Shown in pieces: positions 44,548-54,316 of a stretch of DNA of 64,000 nucleotides. Where the stretch lies: NCBI GenBank assembly GCA_044347565.1, contig JBIKUN010000001.1:22302-86301 (forward strand). The letters are read 5' to 3'. The DNA comes from Vicinamibacterales bacterium (GTDB lineage Bacteria > Acidobacteriota > Vicinamibacteria > Vicinamibacterales > UBA2999). The translations under genes were made by a program, and so were the position numbers. The notes below the pieces were generated by a model that worked only from the letters and a program-made list of their open reading frames with translations, made no database searches and was not told the origin of the DNA. The stretch's first letter is position 1; every line of letters starts with the position of its first letter.

Positions 44548-45159
44548 TCACCTCACTGAGCCGACCGCACAGGTCAGAAGGCCCGTGAAAAGCCGTCGTC
44601 GCTCCGTATCGTCGCCTGCAATTCGCCGCAGCGACGTCCAGACGGGAAAAGTCGTCAGCGCAGTCAGAAGCTGAAGCACCGCGTTGGGCAGGGCATCATC
44701 CTTGACGGCTTCGTGGACGAGCGCGCCAACGCCTGCCTCCACGGCACGCAGGAACAGGTCGAGTTCGGGGATGACATGTCGGTCGGCTTGGGCGCCCGTG
44801 AGTCGAAGCGCACCGCGTTGGTAGAAGCGGTCGACTTCGTCGACAAGGCGCTCAAGACGGTCCTCGCGCCTGGCAACGTCCCTGAAGAGTTCCGGTGCCC
44901 TTTCGGGGACAGGCGGGTCCATCTCTTTCCAGACATGTGCACCGCAGGCCGCAACCAACGATCCCACGGTGGGAAAGTGGCGATAGACCGTCGCCACGCC
45001 GACGCCAGCGCGCTGGGCGACGTCCACGAATGATGTGGCCGCGACTCCCTGCTCGTCATGCAGCCGCATCGTCGCGCCGACAATGCGCTCCCGTGTCTCG
45101 GCCTGGGCCCTGGCACGGTCCTTCATCTGATAACGGCGCCTGGCCGTTCGTGTTCCCAT
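44548..45159 (-). CDS. TetR-family transcriptional regulator
   Basis: TRERIVGATMRLHDEQGVAATSFVDVAQRAGVGVATVYRHFPT. Confidence 0.85.
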   Translation of the reverse strand: MGTRTARRRYQMKDRARAQAETRERIVGATMRLHDEQGVAATSFVDVAQRAGVGVATVYRHFPTVGSLVAACGAHVWKEMDPPVPERAPELFRDVARREDRLERLVDEVDRFYQRGALRLTGAQADRHVIPELDLFLRAVEAGVGALVHEAVKDDALPNAVLQLLTALTTFPVWTSLRRIAGDDTERRRLFTGLLTCAVGSVR

Positions 45160-45160
45160 G

Positions 45161-45175
45161 TTGACGATAAGTCAA
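45161..45175. promoter_or_regulatory. inverted repeat TTGACgataaGTCAA abutting the tetR start
   Basis: Read directly in the AT-richer 81-bp tetR-cupin divergent region. Confidence 0.45.
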
Positions 45176-45240
45176 TTCCGCGATATCTATATTCCGCCAA
45201 TATGGCCGATGACCAACCCACCTGTCCAGCGAGGATCGCC

Positions 45241-45711
45241 ATGAACACGTTTTCTTCCACCACCGAGAGCCACACGGCCCTCATCAGCGAACGCCGCTTC
45301 CTCGGCCTACCGACATGGATCAAGGCGGATCGGGCGTTGACTGGCGGTCACTTCAGTCTGATCGAACAGGTCATCCCGCCCGGCTTCGAGTCGCCGTGGC
45401 ATATGCACCGTTCGGAGGACGAGTCGTTCTACGTCATCGACGGCCAGATGTCGGTGATCTTCGAAGGCAGCCGCACGCTGCTGCAGCCAGGAGACTTCGC
45501 TTTTGGCCCCAGGGGCATTCCGCACGGTTTTCGGATCGAGGGTGAGAAGCCCGCGCGAGTCCTGCTGATGACGACCGGAAGCGATTTCGCCGACTTCGTC
45601 GCCGAGACGAGCACGCCGAGCGACGCGCCGCCGGTGCCTCCCGACATGGGACTGCTGGTGGCAGCCGCCGAACGTCATGACATCGCCATTCTCGGCCCGC
45701 TTCCACGATAG
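45241..45711 (+). CDS. cupin-domain protein
   Basis: GGHFSLIEQVIPPGFESPWHMHRSEDESFYVIDGQMSV ... GDFAFGPRGIPHGFR. An alternative start exists at 45202. Confidence 0.8.
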   Translation: MNTFSSTTESHTALISERRFLGLPTWIKADRALTGGHFSLIEQVIPPGFESPWHMHRSEDESFYVIDGQMSVIFEGSRTLLQPGDFAFGPRGIPHGFRIEGEKPARVLLMTTGSDFADFVAETSTPSDAPPVPPDMGLLVAAAERHDIAILGPLPR

Positions 45712-45809
45712 AAGGACGATAGGCGACATTAGTTGAGCACGGCATCGTGGCTCGCTCATTGCTCCGGCACCGTGGTCACGGCGCGGCGCGGGGACCATCG
45801 ACGCTCGTG

Positions 45810-47282
45810 TCAGCGACAGACGTAATGGCCCGGCACGATGGGCGGCGACGCGTCACAGGGTGTGGTCTCGATGCGGACGACCTCGCTCGCGTGCCAGGCG
45901 AGGGCCCGCTCGTAGGCGAGGATGCGCGGCTGCGAGGTGGTGCCCACGATGATGCGTTCCTGACTCAGGAAGCCGACGTAGTAGGCCGTCCAGTAGTCGC
46001 TGCGCGCATAGCGGATGCCTCGCGCTTCCAGCGCCCGCACCAGCAGCACGCGATTGGTCGGCGTGAACTGGCCGGCCTGCTCGTGCCAGAGGCGCGCGTG
46101 CGGCCATAGGTTCAACAGCAGGAGCAGCGCGAAGGTGGCGGCCAGCACGCCGCGCCACGCCCGGCGCTCCTCGACGCTCCAGTACAGCAGCGCCAGCCCG
46201 GTCGGCAGGAACAGGCCGAGCAGGCTGTAGCGCACGGTCAGCGTCGAGATCGGGCCGCAGCGGCTCACGGCGTAGACCAGGACGGCCTGCGCGCCCACGA
46301 GCATCAGGTAGGTGCCAAGCCCGACAACCGGCGTGGCCCGCTGACGCCACAACGTTCCGGCGTGCCACCCAACCGTACGCACGAGCACCACGACCAGCAG
46401 CAGACCAATAACCGGCCACGCACCGCTCACACCCTGGGTCACCTGCGTATGCACGGCGGCGTCGGCCAGCGGCGCCGGCGCAGCCCCCCAGAGCAGGCCG
46501 AGGAACGACGTCGCAAGGTTGGCCACGTTGCTGGCGGCCTGGGCCGGCGAGAAACAGAAGGCGCTGCCTAGCGTGGCCAGGTTCCCCTCCACGACACCCG
46601 CCCAGGAGTCCGGGCCACGCACCGATCCGAAGCGCGCCGCACCGGCAATCAGCGCGGCCGTACCGGCCACCGCCAGCGCCACCCGCACCCAGTGCCGGCG
46701 TCCATCACGTGTCAGCAGGACGCCGGTGAGCAGATCGATCGCCACAAGCGCGGCCACCCCGTACGCCACGAACTCGCGCACGTGGAAGCCGAGACAGGCC
46801 ATGACGCCGAGCAGCAGCGGGCGGAAGCGGACAAACCACAACAGCAGGATGAACAGCGCCGGCTCGACGGTCATGCCGAGGGCATCCATGAGCCCGGCCC
46901 CGCTGACTGGAGCCGGCACCAGTACGGGCAGCGCCAGGAGCAGCGCGACCGCCGGCGACAGTCCCGCCCGGACCATCGCCAGCATCGTCGCCAGGCCGAC
47001 GCCGACATTCATGAGCACCAGCGGCAGTTTGAGCGCGAACACCGTGGGCCCGAGCAGCCACATGAACGGCGCGGTGAGGTAGGCCGAGACGATCACCAGA
47101 TACGACGCGCCGTACTGGTAGACAGGCAACGCCCGGAACTCGGCGATATGCTTGCCCATCAGCCCCACGACGGCCTGATCCGAATCGAAGGCCATCGTGC
47201 CCCACACCGCGTAGGGTAGCGAGCGGAAGCCGACCAGCACCGCCGCGAGCAGGAACCAGGGCACGCACCGGCCGCCGGTCAT
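45810..47282 (-). CDS. polytopic membrane protein, GT-C (ArnT/PMT, GT39-like) glycosyltransferase candidate
   Basis: Real start at MTGGRCVPWFLLAAVLVGF (ATG 47282, GGGAGG upstream). The upstream 370 codons of the 860-aa track ORF look like shadow. About 12 TM segments, and a first-loop acidic motif AFDSDQAVVGLMGKHI. Confidence 0.65.
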   Translation of the reverse strand: MTGGRCVPWFLLAAVLVGFRSLPYAVWGTMAFDSDQAVVGLMGKHIAEFRALPVYQYGASYLVIVSAYLTAPFMWLLGPTVFALKLPLVLMNVGVGLATMLAMVRAGLSPAVALLLALPVLVPAPVSGAGLMDALGMTVEPALFILLLWFVRFRPLLLGVMACLGFHVREFVAYGVAALVAIDLLTGVLLTRDGRRHWVRVALAVAGTAALIAGAARFGSVRGPDSWAGVVEGNLATLGSAFCFSPAQAASNVANLATSFLGLLWGAAPAPLADAAVHTQVTQGVSGAWPVIGLLLVVVLVRTVGWHAGTLWRQRATPVVGLGTYLMLVGAQAVLVYAVSRCGPISTLTVRYSLLGLFLPTGLALLYWSVEERRAWRGVLAATFALLLLLNLWPHARLWHEQAGQFTPTNRVLLVRALEARGIRYARSDYWTAYYVGFLSQERIIVGTTSQPRILAYERALAWHASEVVRIETTPCDASPPIVPGHYVCR

Positions 47283-47322
47283 CAAAGCCTCCCGATGGAG
47301 GCCGCGACCGTCGGGGAGCCGA

Positions 47323-49962
47323 TTGAGGAGCGGGACGGACGTCATGCGCGCGCGAGGCCAGTCCATGATACGCATGATCGATCTCGTGCCGCCCAGCCCA
47401 GCGCTCACACCGCTCCGCATGCCGAGGTGGCCCTTCCCCATCCTGCTGACCCTGATCGTCGTCGGGTCGTGGGCCCTCGATACCCGCCAGCCGATGCCGT
47501 GGCCCGAGGCGGCAACGCCGTGGTTCACCCAGGTGCGTGCGCTCGCGCCGGCGACGTGGGGCATGGACCGCGTGAACGCGCAGGCGGCGCTCACGCCCGA
47601 TGTGCCGCTCGGCTCGCTGCTCGTGCTGCTGGCGGTGGCGGCGTGCACGCTCGCCACGCTGCTGGCCATCGGGGTCCGCGCGCCCCTGGCGCTCGCGGTG
47701 GCGCTTGGCCTCGCGGCCACGCGCTCACTCTGGAGCACCGTGTCGCCAGGGCAGGACGCGCTGCCGGTTGCCGTGGTGGCGTGTGCCGTCGTGGCCGTCG
47801 CGTGGCCGGCGGCGCGCCGAGTCGTAACCGCGACCGCCGCGCTGGGCGTCCTCGTCGCGTCGCCGACGGCCGCCTGGCTGGCGGCGCCGGCCGTGGCCGC
47901 GCTGCCGATGTCGTGGCGCCGTCGCGGCGTGTCGATCGTCGTGTTGCTCGCCCTCGGGCTCGGGCTGCAGGTGGCCCTGCTGCGACAGGTGTGGGCCGGC
48001 ATCACGTGCCTGGTCCCGGGCGAGTGGCCAATGGCGCTCGGCGACGTGCTGCGGCCGGGCAGCTCCGCGGATGCATCGCCGTGGCTGGCCGTGCAGCAGT
48101 CGCTGAGCGTGCTCGCCGGTGATGTGCATGCGTTCGGCCTGCTCGTGGCGGCGCTCGGCCTGGCGCGAGCGTCCGAGCGCACCCGTCCCCTGCGATTCGC
48201 CACCGCCGCCGCCATCACGCTGGCCGGCCTCGCGGTGTCCACCGGCGCCCTGCCCCCGAGCCACACGGCGGCGCTGCTGTTGCCCTGGTGGGCCGCCTGG
48301 TTCGGATGGGGACTGGCCACGCTCGTCGACGACACGTCCGGCCGGGCGCGGCCGTCGGCCTTCGCCTTTGGTGTCGTGCTCGCCCTCGCCACGCCGATGC
48401 TGCGTCACGCCACCCTCGTACCCGACCCATGGACGGCCGGCATGCCGTCGGTCGCGCAGGCGGTCGCCCCGGCCTGGCGGGACGGCGTCATCGCGAGCGC
48501 CGACGAGGCCCTGACGCGCCGGCTGCGCCTGGCGGGCGTGGCGATCGTCCCCGCCGGCGCCAGCACACTCGACCGGTGTCTGGCCTCGGGCCGGCCGGTG
48601 CACGCGCTCGGTGCCACGGTCCGCGCGGTCGAGCACCTGGGCTACCGTGTTGTCGAGCAGCCATTGCGCGCGCCGCTGGCAGCGGTCCTCAACGATCTGC
48701 GCCCCGACCAGCTGGTGGCCCTCGCCCTCTCGCCGTCGGCGCTCCAGTGGCTGGGCGCACCCGCCGTGGCGCGCCTCGCAGCGGTCCCTCCGTACGCGCT
48801 CTCCAGCCCGGCGCTGGGCGTCGTCGCGCGAACCGACCGCGGCGGCGCGGTCCGCACCGGACGCGAGGGCATCGATATGTCCCTGCCGGAAGGCGAGCTC
48901 GTCGGCGGACGCCGGTTGTTCGCGCCAGTGTCGGTGAGCGCACGGTCGGGCGAGACGTTCGTGGACAGCACGCCCGAGCGACTGGCCGCCGGCCAGCAGG
49001 CGTCGCTGGCCGTCATCGATCGCGCGCACTCGGTCGTGCTGCGGGCCGTGGGCGAGCCGGTACCCGGGCTGCCGATTTCGCTGCGGCGGCAGGCCGACTG
49101 GCGGCATGTCGGCGTCGCGGGCGCGGCGGCCTGCGTTCCCTCCTCGCGGCGCTGGACGCCGGTGCCCGGCGGCGACCGCCGGTTGAGCGTGCCGGTGGCT
49201 GGCGCCTCGGCGGCGCGGCCGGTCGTGCTCTACCTGGCCGCGGCCGACAGACCGACGGTCGGCGTCGCCGGCCTCGCGCCGGCGGCGCGGTGGCCCTCCT
49301 GGCGGGTCGAGCTCTTCGACACGCAACACGCGTCCGACCGCGGCCGTCTCGAGGCGCTCGAGACGCAGGACGACGTCCCCGGCGCAGGTCGTCCGCGAGC
49401 CCGCTGGGTGGCACGAGTGGTGGTGGCACCGCGTGGCCCCTGGGAACACGACCGCGTGGCCGTGAGCGCCGGTACCGCGCCCGAGGCGTGGATGGTGCGC
49501 GGCGCCGCCACGTCGACGGTCTGCGCGATGGCGGCGGCCGGTGAGCCACTCCTGCAGGGGCAGTACGGTCCGGTCGACGACGACACCGCGCGCGAACTCA
49601 CCGTGACGGCGCTCGACGGCTGGCATGCCGCCGATGTGCTGTACGGGCAGGTGTGGCAGTGGACGTCGCGTCCCGCGGCCACCGCCGTGTTTGAGGTCGA
49701 CGCTTCGATGCCGCTCATTCTGGCGATGGATGCCACCGGCGCCCGCACCGCGAGCGGCGACCAGGCCATCACCGTGCGCCTGAACGACCACGTGCTGCGC
49801 ACCGACTGGCACGGGCCCGGCCGCATCGCGTTGCCCGCAGAGGCCGTACGCGCGGGCGAGAACACGCTGTCGCTGGAGGTCGGCCAGGTCGTCGAGCCGG
49901 ACGGCGACCCGCGTGCCCTCGGGATCCAGATCCGCCAATTGCGGGTCATACCGCCGAACTGA
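47323..49962 (+). CDS. large membrane protein (N-terminal polytopic region plus ~500-aa C-terminal domain), function unknown
   Basis: 879-aa ORF with coding-like composition. It is divergent from 45810..47282 with only ~40 bp between starts (start uncertain). Confidence 0.6.
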   Translation: MRSGTDVMRARGQSMIRMIDLVPPSPALTPLRMPRWPFPILLTLIVVGSWALDTRQPMPWPEAATPWFTQVRALAPATWGMDRVNAQAALTPDVPLGSLLVLLAVAACTLATLLAIGVRAPLALAVALGLAATRSLWSTVSPGQDALPVAVVACAVVAVAWPAARRVVTATAALGVLVASPTAAWLAAPAVAALPMSWRRRGVSIVVLLALGLGLQVALLRQVWAGITCLVPGEWPMALGDVLRPGSSADASPWLAVQQSLSVLAGDVHAFGLLVAALGLARASERTRPLRFATAAAITLAGLAVSTGALPPSHTAALLLPWWAAWFGWGLATLVDDTSGRARPSAFAFGVVLALATPMLRHATLVPDPWTAGMPSVAQAVAPAWRDGVIASADEALTRRLRLAGVAIVPAGASTLDRCLASGRPVHALGATVRAVEHLGYRVVEQPLRAPLAAVLNDLRPDQLVALALSPSALQWLGAPAVARLAAVPPYALSSPALGVVARTDRGGAVRTGREGIDMSLPEGELVGGRRLFAPVSVSARSGETFVDSTPERLAAGQQASLAVIDRAHSVVLRAVGEPVPGLPISLRRQADWRHVGVAGAAACVPSSRRWTPVPGGDRRLSVPVAGASAARPVVLYLAAADRPTVGVAGLAPAARWPSWRVELFDTQHASDRGRLEALETQDDVPGAGRPRARWVARVVVAPRGPWEHDRVAVSAGTAPEAWMVRGAATSTVCAMAAAGEPLLQGQYGPVDDDTARELTVTALDGWHAADVLYGQVWQWTSRPAATAVFEVDASMPLILAMDATGARTASGDQAITVRLNDHVLRTDWHGPGRIALPAEAVRAGENTLSLEVGQVVEPDGDPRALGIQIRQLRVIPPN

Positions 49963-50082
49963 TCGCGCCGTCGACGTGACCCGCCGCGCCTGGCGGGCGT
50001 CGCTTGTCGTGTAGTATCGACAGCGCACGTCGCCATCGTCGCAGCTGTTACGGGGTGCCGAGATTGTCCGAGGGGAGACTGG

Positions 50083-51225
50083 GTGGACTTCGAGTGGACC
50101 GCTGACCATCATCGCCTCCATCGCGGCGCCGTGGAGTTTGGCGCCGCGCGGCTCGTCGACGGGGTGGCCAGCCGCGACCGCGAGTGCGACTTCTCGCGCG
50201 AGGCGTGGCAGGCCTGCGCCGAGTTCGGGCTGCAGGGCCTGCTCGTCCCGGCGGCGTGGAACGGTGCCGGTCAGGATCTGCTGTCGGCGGTCACGGTCTT
50301 CGAAGGCATCGGCTACGGCGCGCGCGACAACGGGCTGGTGTTCTCGGTCGCCGCCCATGCCGCCTCGTGCGAGGGGCCGTTGAGCGCCTTCGGCAGCGAG
50401 GCCCAGAAGCGCGAGTGGCTGCCCGGCCTGGCCGACGGCCGCCTGATTGGCGCGACCGCCATCACAGAGCCGGACTCCGGGTCGAGCGCGCTCTCGCTGG
50501 CGACGACCGCGGTGCCGCACGGCGACGGCTGGGTGCTGCACGGCTCCAAGAGCTTCGTCACCAACGCGCCGGTCGCCGATCTCTTCATCGTCTACGCGCG
50601 CACCGGACCGGGCTTTGGCGGAGCCACCGCGTTCCTCGTGCCGCGCCACACCGAGGGGCTGGTCATCGGCCCGCCGATCGAGAAGATGGGGCTGCGCACC
50701 AGCCCGATGTCGATGGTCTACCTCGACGACTGTCGCCTGCCGGCCTCGGCCGTGGTGGGCGGCGTCGGCTCGGGCGCGATGATCTTCAGCCAGGTGATGG
50801 AGGCCGAGCGGCTCCTGGTGATGGCGCCGGCGATCGGCGTGATGCAGCGCATCCTCGAACGCTGCGTCGCGCACGCCCGGCAGCGCCGGGCCGGATCGGT
50901 GCCGATCGGCAGGCACCAGGCGATTGCGCACCGCATCGCCGACATGGAACTGCAGCTGGAGGCGGCCCGGCTGCTGCTGTACCGGGCGGCCTGGCAGCGC
51001 ACGCGCCACGGCACGGCGACGCGCGACTCGGCGCTCGCCAAGCTCGCCGTCAGTGAGGCCTACGTGGACACCTGCCGCAGCGCCGTGCAGATCTTCGGCG
51101 GCTACGGGTACACCGTCGAGTACGAACTCGAGCGGGAACTGCGCGACGCGCTCGCCGCCACGCTGTATGTGGGCACATCCGAGATCCAGCGCAATCTCAT
51201 CGCCGGGCTCAGGGGGTTGGGATGA
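50083..51225 (+). CDS. acyl-CoA dehydrogenase-family flavoprotein
   Basis: 380 aa with GLQGLLVP, GATAITEPDSGSS, GSKSFVTNAPVADLFIVYART, and a C-terminal IFGGYGYTVEYELERELRDA. Confidence 0.88.
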   Translation: MDFEWTADHHRLHRGAVEFGAARLVDGVASRDRECDFSREAWQACAEFGLQGLLVPAAWNGAGQDLLSAVTVFEGIGYGARDNGLVFSVAAHAASCEGPLSAFGSEAQKREWLPGLADGRLIGATAITEPDSGSSALSLATTAVPHGDGWVLHGSKSFVTNAPVADLFIVYARTGPGFGGATAFLVPRHTEGLVIGPPIEKMGLRTSPMSMVYLDDCRLPASAVVGGVGSGAMIFSQVMEAERLLVMAPAIGVMQRILERCVAHARQRRAGSVPIGRHQAIAHRIADMELQLEAARLLLYRAAWQRTRHGTATRDSALAKLAVSEAYVDTCRSAVQIFGGYGYTVEYELERELRDALAATLYVGTSEIQRNLIAGLRGLG

Positions 51226-52406
51226 GGGTGGGTCTGCTCTCCGTGCTCCTTCTTCTCGTGTCGGCAGGCGAGACGCGCGCCCACAACGTGGGCGACAGCT
51301 ACCTGTACCTGCAGGTCTACGAGGACCGCGTCACGGGACGCTTCGAAGTGTCGCTGGCCGACTTCAATGCCGCGTTGCGGCTGACGGGGACGGACCGGGA
51401 GATCACGCCGTCGAACTTCGACCAGACGATCGGTTTCCTGCGCGACTACTACCGCTCGCACGTCACCATCGCCGACGCGCGGGGGCCGCTCGGCATCCGC
51501 TTCACGACGCACGACCTGCTCGACGTGCGCGGCGGCTACGCCCAGCTGTCGTTCGACCTGGACGGGCTCGACGGCGTGCCCGACCGGCTCATGTTCGACT
51601 ATGCGGTGCTGCTCGACGAGGAACCCGGCCACCGCGGCTTCCTGCTCATCGAGCACAACTGGGCGACGGGCACCATCGCCAACGAAGGCCAGATCTCCCT
51701 GGTCTTCAGCCCCGATAACCGTCATCAGGAGTTCGACATCACCACCGGCAGCCGCTGGCGCGGCTTCGTCGCCGTCGTCCGGCTCGGTGTCGATCACATC
51801 TGGATGGGCGTGGATCACGTGATGTTCCTGGTCGCCCTCCTGCTGCCGGCGGTGCTCGTGCGCCGTGACGGCGGATGGCGGGCCATCGAGGACTTCAGAC
51901 CGGCGCTCGTCAACGTCGTGAAGATCGTGACGGCCTTCACCGTGGCGCACAGCGTGACGCTCTCGCTCGCTTCGCTCGGCATCCTGCACCTGCCAGTCCG
52001 GATGGTCGAGGTGATCATCGCGGGCTCCATCGCGGTGGCCGCCGCCGACATTCTTTATCCGCTGTTCCACGGACGCATCTGGCTCATCGTCTTCGGATTC
52101 GGCCTGTTCCACGGCTTCGGTTTCGCGGCGGCCATGGAGGAGATTGGCGTGCTGCGCGAGCACATCGGCCTGACGCTGTTCGGGTTCAACCTCGGGGTCG
52201 AGCTGGGCCAGCTGGCCATCGTCGTCGTGACGTTCCCACTGCTGTTCCTGGTGCGCCGGCTGGCGATGTACCGGCAGCTCGCGCTGCCACTCACGGCGGC
52301 CGCGATGATCCTGATTTCGCTGGTGTGGGTGGTCGAGCGGTCGTTCGACGTCAAGTTGCCGAGGCCCGGGATGGTCATCTCGGCGGTGCGCACCTGGCTC
52401 GCGTGA
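51222..52406 (+). CDS. HupE/UreJ-like (HupE_UreJ_2 type) membrane protein with an N-terminal exported domain
   Basis: Signal peptide ending ...GETRA|HNVGDSY, a ~170-aa soluble part, then GVDHIWMGVDHVMFLVALLLP, FTVAHSVTLSL and GLFHGFGFA in 6 TM segments. The ATGA start overlaps the ACAD stop. Confidence 0.7.
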   Translation: MRVGLLSVLLLLVSAGETRAHNVGDSYLYLQVYEDRVTGRFEVSLADFNAALRLTGTDREITPSNFDQTIGFLRDYYRSHVTIADARGPLGIRFTTHDLLDVRGGYAQLSFDLDGLDGVPDRLMFDYAVLLDEEPGHRGFLLIEHNWATGTIANEGQISLVFSPDNRHQEFDITTGSRWRGFVAVVRLGVDHIWMGVDHVMFLVALLLPAVLVRRDGGWRAIEDFRPALVNVVKIVTAFTVAHSVTLSLASLGILHLPVRMVEVIIAGSIAVAAADILYPLFHGRIWLIVFGFGLFHGFGFAAAMEEIGVLREHIGLTLFGFNLGVELGQLAIVVVTFPLLFLVRRLAMYRQLALPLTAAAMILISLVWVVERSFDVKLPRPGMVISAVRTWLA

Positions 52407-52437
52407 ACGTGGTCCCCGAAGAAGGAGGCGAATCCGC

Positions 52438-54027
52438 ATGCCCGCACTGCTGAACCGGCTGATCGACGCGGCGGCGCTCAGCCGCCCCGAGGCGCCGGCG
52501 GTGCGGTGCGACGACGAGACGCTCACCTACGAGCAGCTCGCGCGGCGGGCCAATGGCCTCGCGCGGGTGCTGCTCCAGACCGGCCTGTCGCGCGGCAACC
52601 GCGTGGCGGTGTGGCTCGGCAAGGGGCTGCACGTGCCGGTGAGCTTCTACGGCGTGTTCGCGGCGGGCGGCACGCTCGTGCCGATCGATCCGAAGGCTCC
52701 CGTGGAGCAGGCCGTCCGCATCCTGCGCGCCACCGGGGCGACCCATCTGGTGTCGGAGCCCGAACGCCGGGCCGCCGTCGGCCGGGCGCTCGCCGCGTGT
52801 CCCGACGTGACCCACGTGATCGGGGTCGCCGCCGACGACGCGATAGAGGTGCCGTGCGTCGCGTGGGCGACGGTGCTCGAGCAGGCCAGCGACCGGCCGC
52901 CGGACGTCGCGGTCATCGAACTCGACCCTGCCTACATCCACCACACCTCGGGCTCGACCGGCGTGCCCAAGCTGATTCTGCACACCCACTACTCCGCGAC
53001 CAGCTTCGTGAACTGGGCGGCGTCGACCTATGCGCTGCGGAGCGACGACCGCCTCACCAACCACTCGTCGCATCACACCTGCTTTGCCACCTTCGACTAC
53101 TACGCCGCGGCCCGTGCCGGCGCGACCACGGTCATCCTCACCCCGGCGGTGCTGATGATGCCTGGGAGCCTCGCGGCCCTCCTCGAGCGCGAGCAGGTCT
53201 CGGTGTGGTACTCCGTGCCGGCCGCGCTGGTGCAGCTGTCGCTGCGCGGCGATCTCGAGGCGCGGGACCTGCGGGCCCTCCGCTGGGTGCTCTTCGCGGG
53301 CGAGACCTTCCCCGGCAAGCACCTGCGCCGGATCCGTCAGCAGCTGCCCGGCGCCCGCTTCAGTCACGTCTACGGATCGACCGAGGTCAACGTCTGCACC
53401 TACTACCATCTCCCGGAGACCGGTGATCCCGGCGGCCCGCTGCCCATCGGTCGGGCCTGCGCCACCGCGCGCACCCTGGTGGCCGACGCGGCGCTGCAGC
53501 CGGTGCCGGACGGCGAGGTGGGCGAGCTGTTCGTGCGCGGGTCGACGGTGATGGCCGGCTACTGGGACGATCCCGATCGCAACCGCCAGGTGCTCGTCCG
53601 CCGCCCTGCTGGCGGCGGGCTCGACGAGGTCTACTTCAAGACGGGCGACCGGGCGCGAGTGCTCGCCGACGGCAACCTCGCGTTCGTCGCCCGCGCCGAT
53701 CGCCAGGTCAAGGTGCGCGGCCACCGCGTCGAGCTCGAGGAGGTCGAAGCCGCGCTCCTCTCGCTGCCGTCGGTCGAGGAGGCCGCGGTGTTCACCGTGC
53801 CGGACGGCGAGGGCAGCGCGGCGCTGCGGGCCGCGGTGGTGGTGGGCGGCGAGGCACCGCCGCCGGAACGGGAGATGCTGGCCGACCTGCGCAGAGTGCT
53901 CCCCCTGTACGCCTTGCCCTCGGCGATTGCCGTCGTCGGGGCCATGCCGCGTACGCCGACCGGCAAGATCGACTTGCGAGTGCTTGGCGGACACGCGGAG
54001 GAAAGGACGCCGAGCGATGGCGAATGA
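52438..54027 (+). CDS. free-standing adenylation (AMP-binding) enzyme
   Basis: 529 aa with TYEQLARRANGLA, IHHTSGSTGVPKLI (A3), YGSTE (A5), FKTGDRA (A7), VKVRGHRVELEEVE (A8), PRTPTGKID (A10). GAAGGAGG lies upstream. Confidence 0.88.
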   Translation: MPALLNRLIDAAALSRPEAPAVRCDDETLTYEQLARRANGLARVLLQTGLSRGNRVAVWLGKGLHVPVSFYGVFAAGGTLVPIDPKAPVEQAVRILRATGATHLVSEPERRAAVGRALAACPDVTHVIGVAADDAIEVPCVAWATVLEQASDRPPDVAVIELDPAYIHHTSGSTGVPKLILHTHYSATSFVNWAASTYALRSDDRLTNHSSHHTCFATFDYYAAARAGATTVILTPAVLMMPGSLAALLEREQVSVWYSVPAALVQLSLRGDLEARDLRALRWVLFAGETFPGKHLRRIRQQLPGARFSHVYGSTEVNVCTYYHLPETGDPGGPLPIGRACATARTLVADAALQPVPDGEVGELFVRGSTVMAGYWDDPDRNRQVLVRRPAGGGLDEVYFKTGDRARVLADGNLAFVARADRQVKVRGHRVELEEVEAALLSLPSVEEAAVFTVPDGEGSAALRAAVVVGGEAPPPEREMLADLRRVLPLYALPSAIAVVGAMPRTPTGKIDLRVLGGHAEERTPSDGE

Positions 54028-54316
54028 TACGCGACCGGGGCTCGAGGCCTCCGACATCGAACAGCGGCTGCTGGCCTTCCTGCAGCGCGAACTGCTGGAG
54101 CCGGGCGTGGCGATTGGCCGCGACGCCGACCTGCTGTCGGGCGACGTGATCGACTCGATCGGCGTCCTCCGCCTGGCCGCCTTCGTCGGCGAGGAATTCC
54201 GGATCGGCGTGCAGCCCGCCGATTTCGTCGTCGGGAACTTCCGGAGCGTCGCGGTGCTCGCCGGCTATGTCGGTCGCGCCCTGACCGCGCAGGCGGCAGG
54301 AGACGTCGGGCCATGA
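54017..54316 (+). CDS. free-standing carrier protein (ACP/PCP-like)
   Basis: 99 aa: MANDTRPGLEASDIEQRLLAFLQRELL ... LLSGDVIDSIGVLRLAAFVGEEF (DSxG phosphopantetheine site). GGAGGAAAGGA lies upstream. It overlaps the A gene end and the NRPS start. Confidence 0.75.
   Translation: MANDTRPGLEASDIEQRLLAFLQRELLEPGVAIGRDADLLSGDVIDSIGVLRLAAFVGEEFRIGVQPADFVVGNFRSVAVLAGYVGRALTAQAAGDVGP

Noticed and set aside
47725-51009. 1094-aa minus ORF, the longest in this part of the track
   Set aside because: It is antisense to the 879-aa membrane protein and the ACAD gene. Its composition is dominated by Arg/Gly/Asp/His runs, with no domain signatures.
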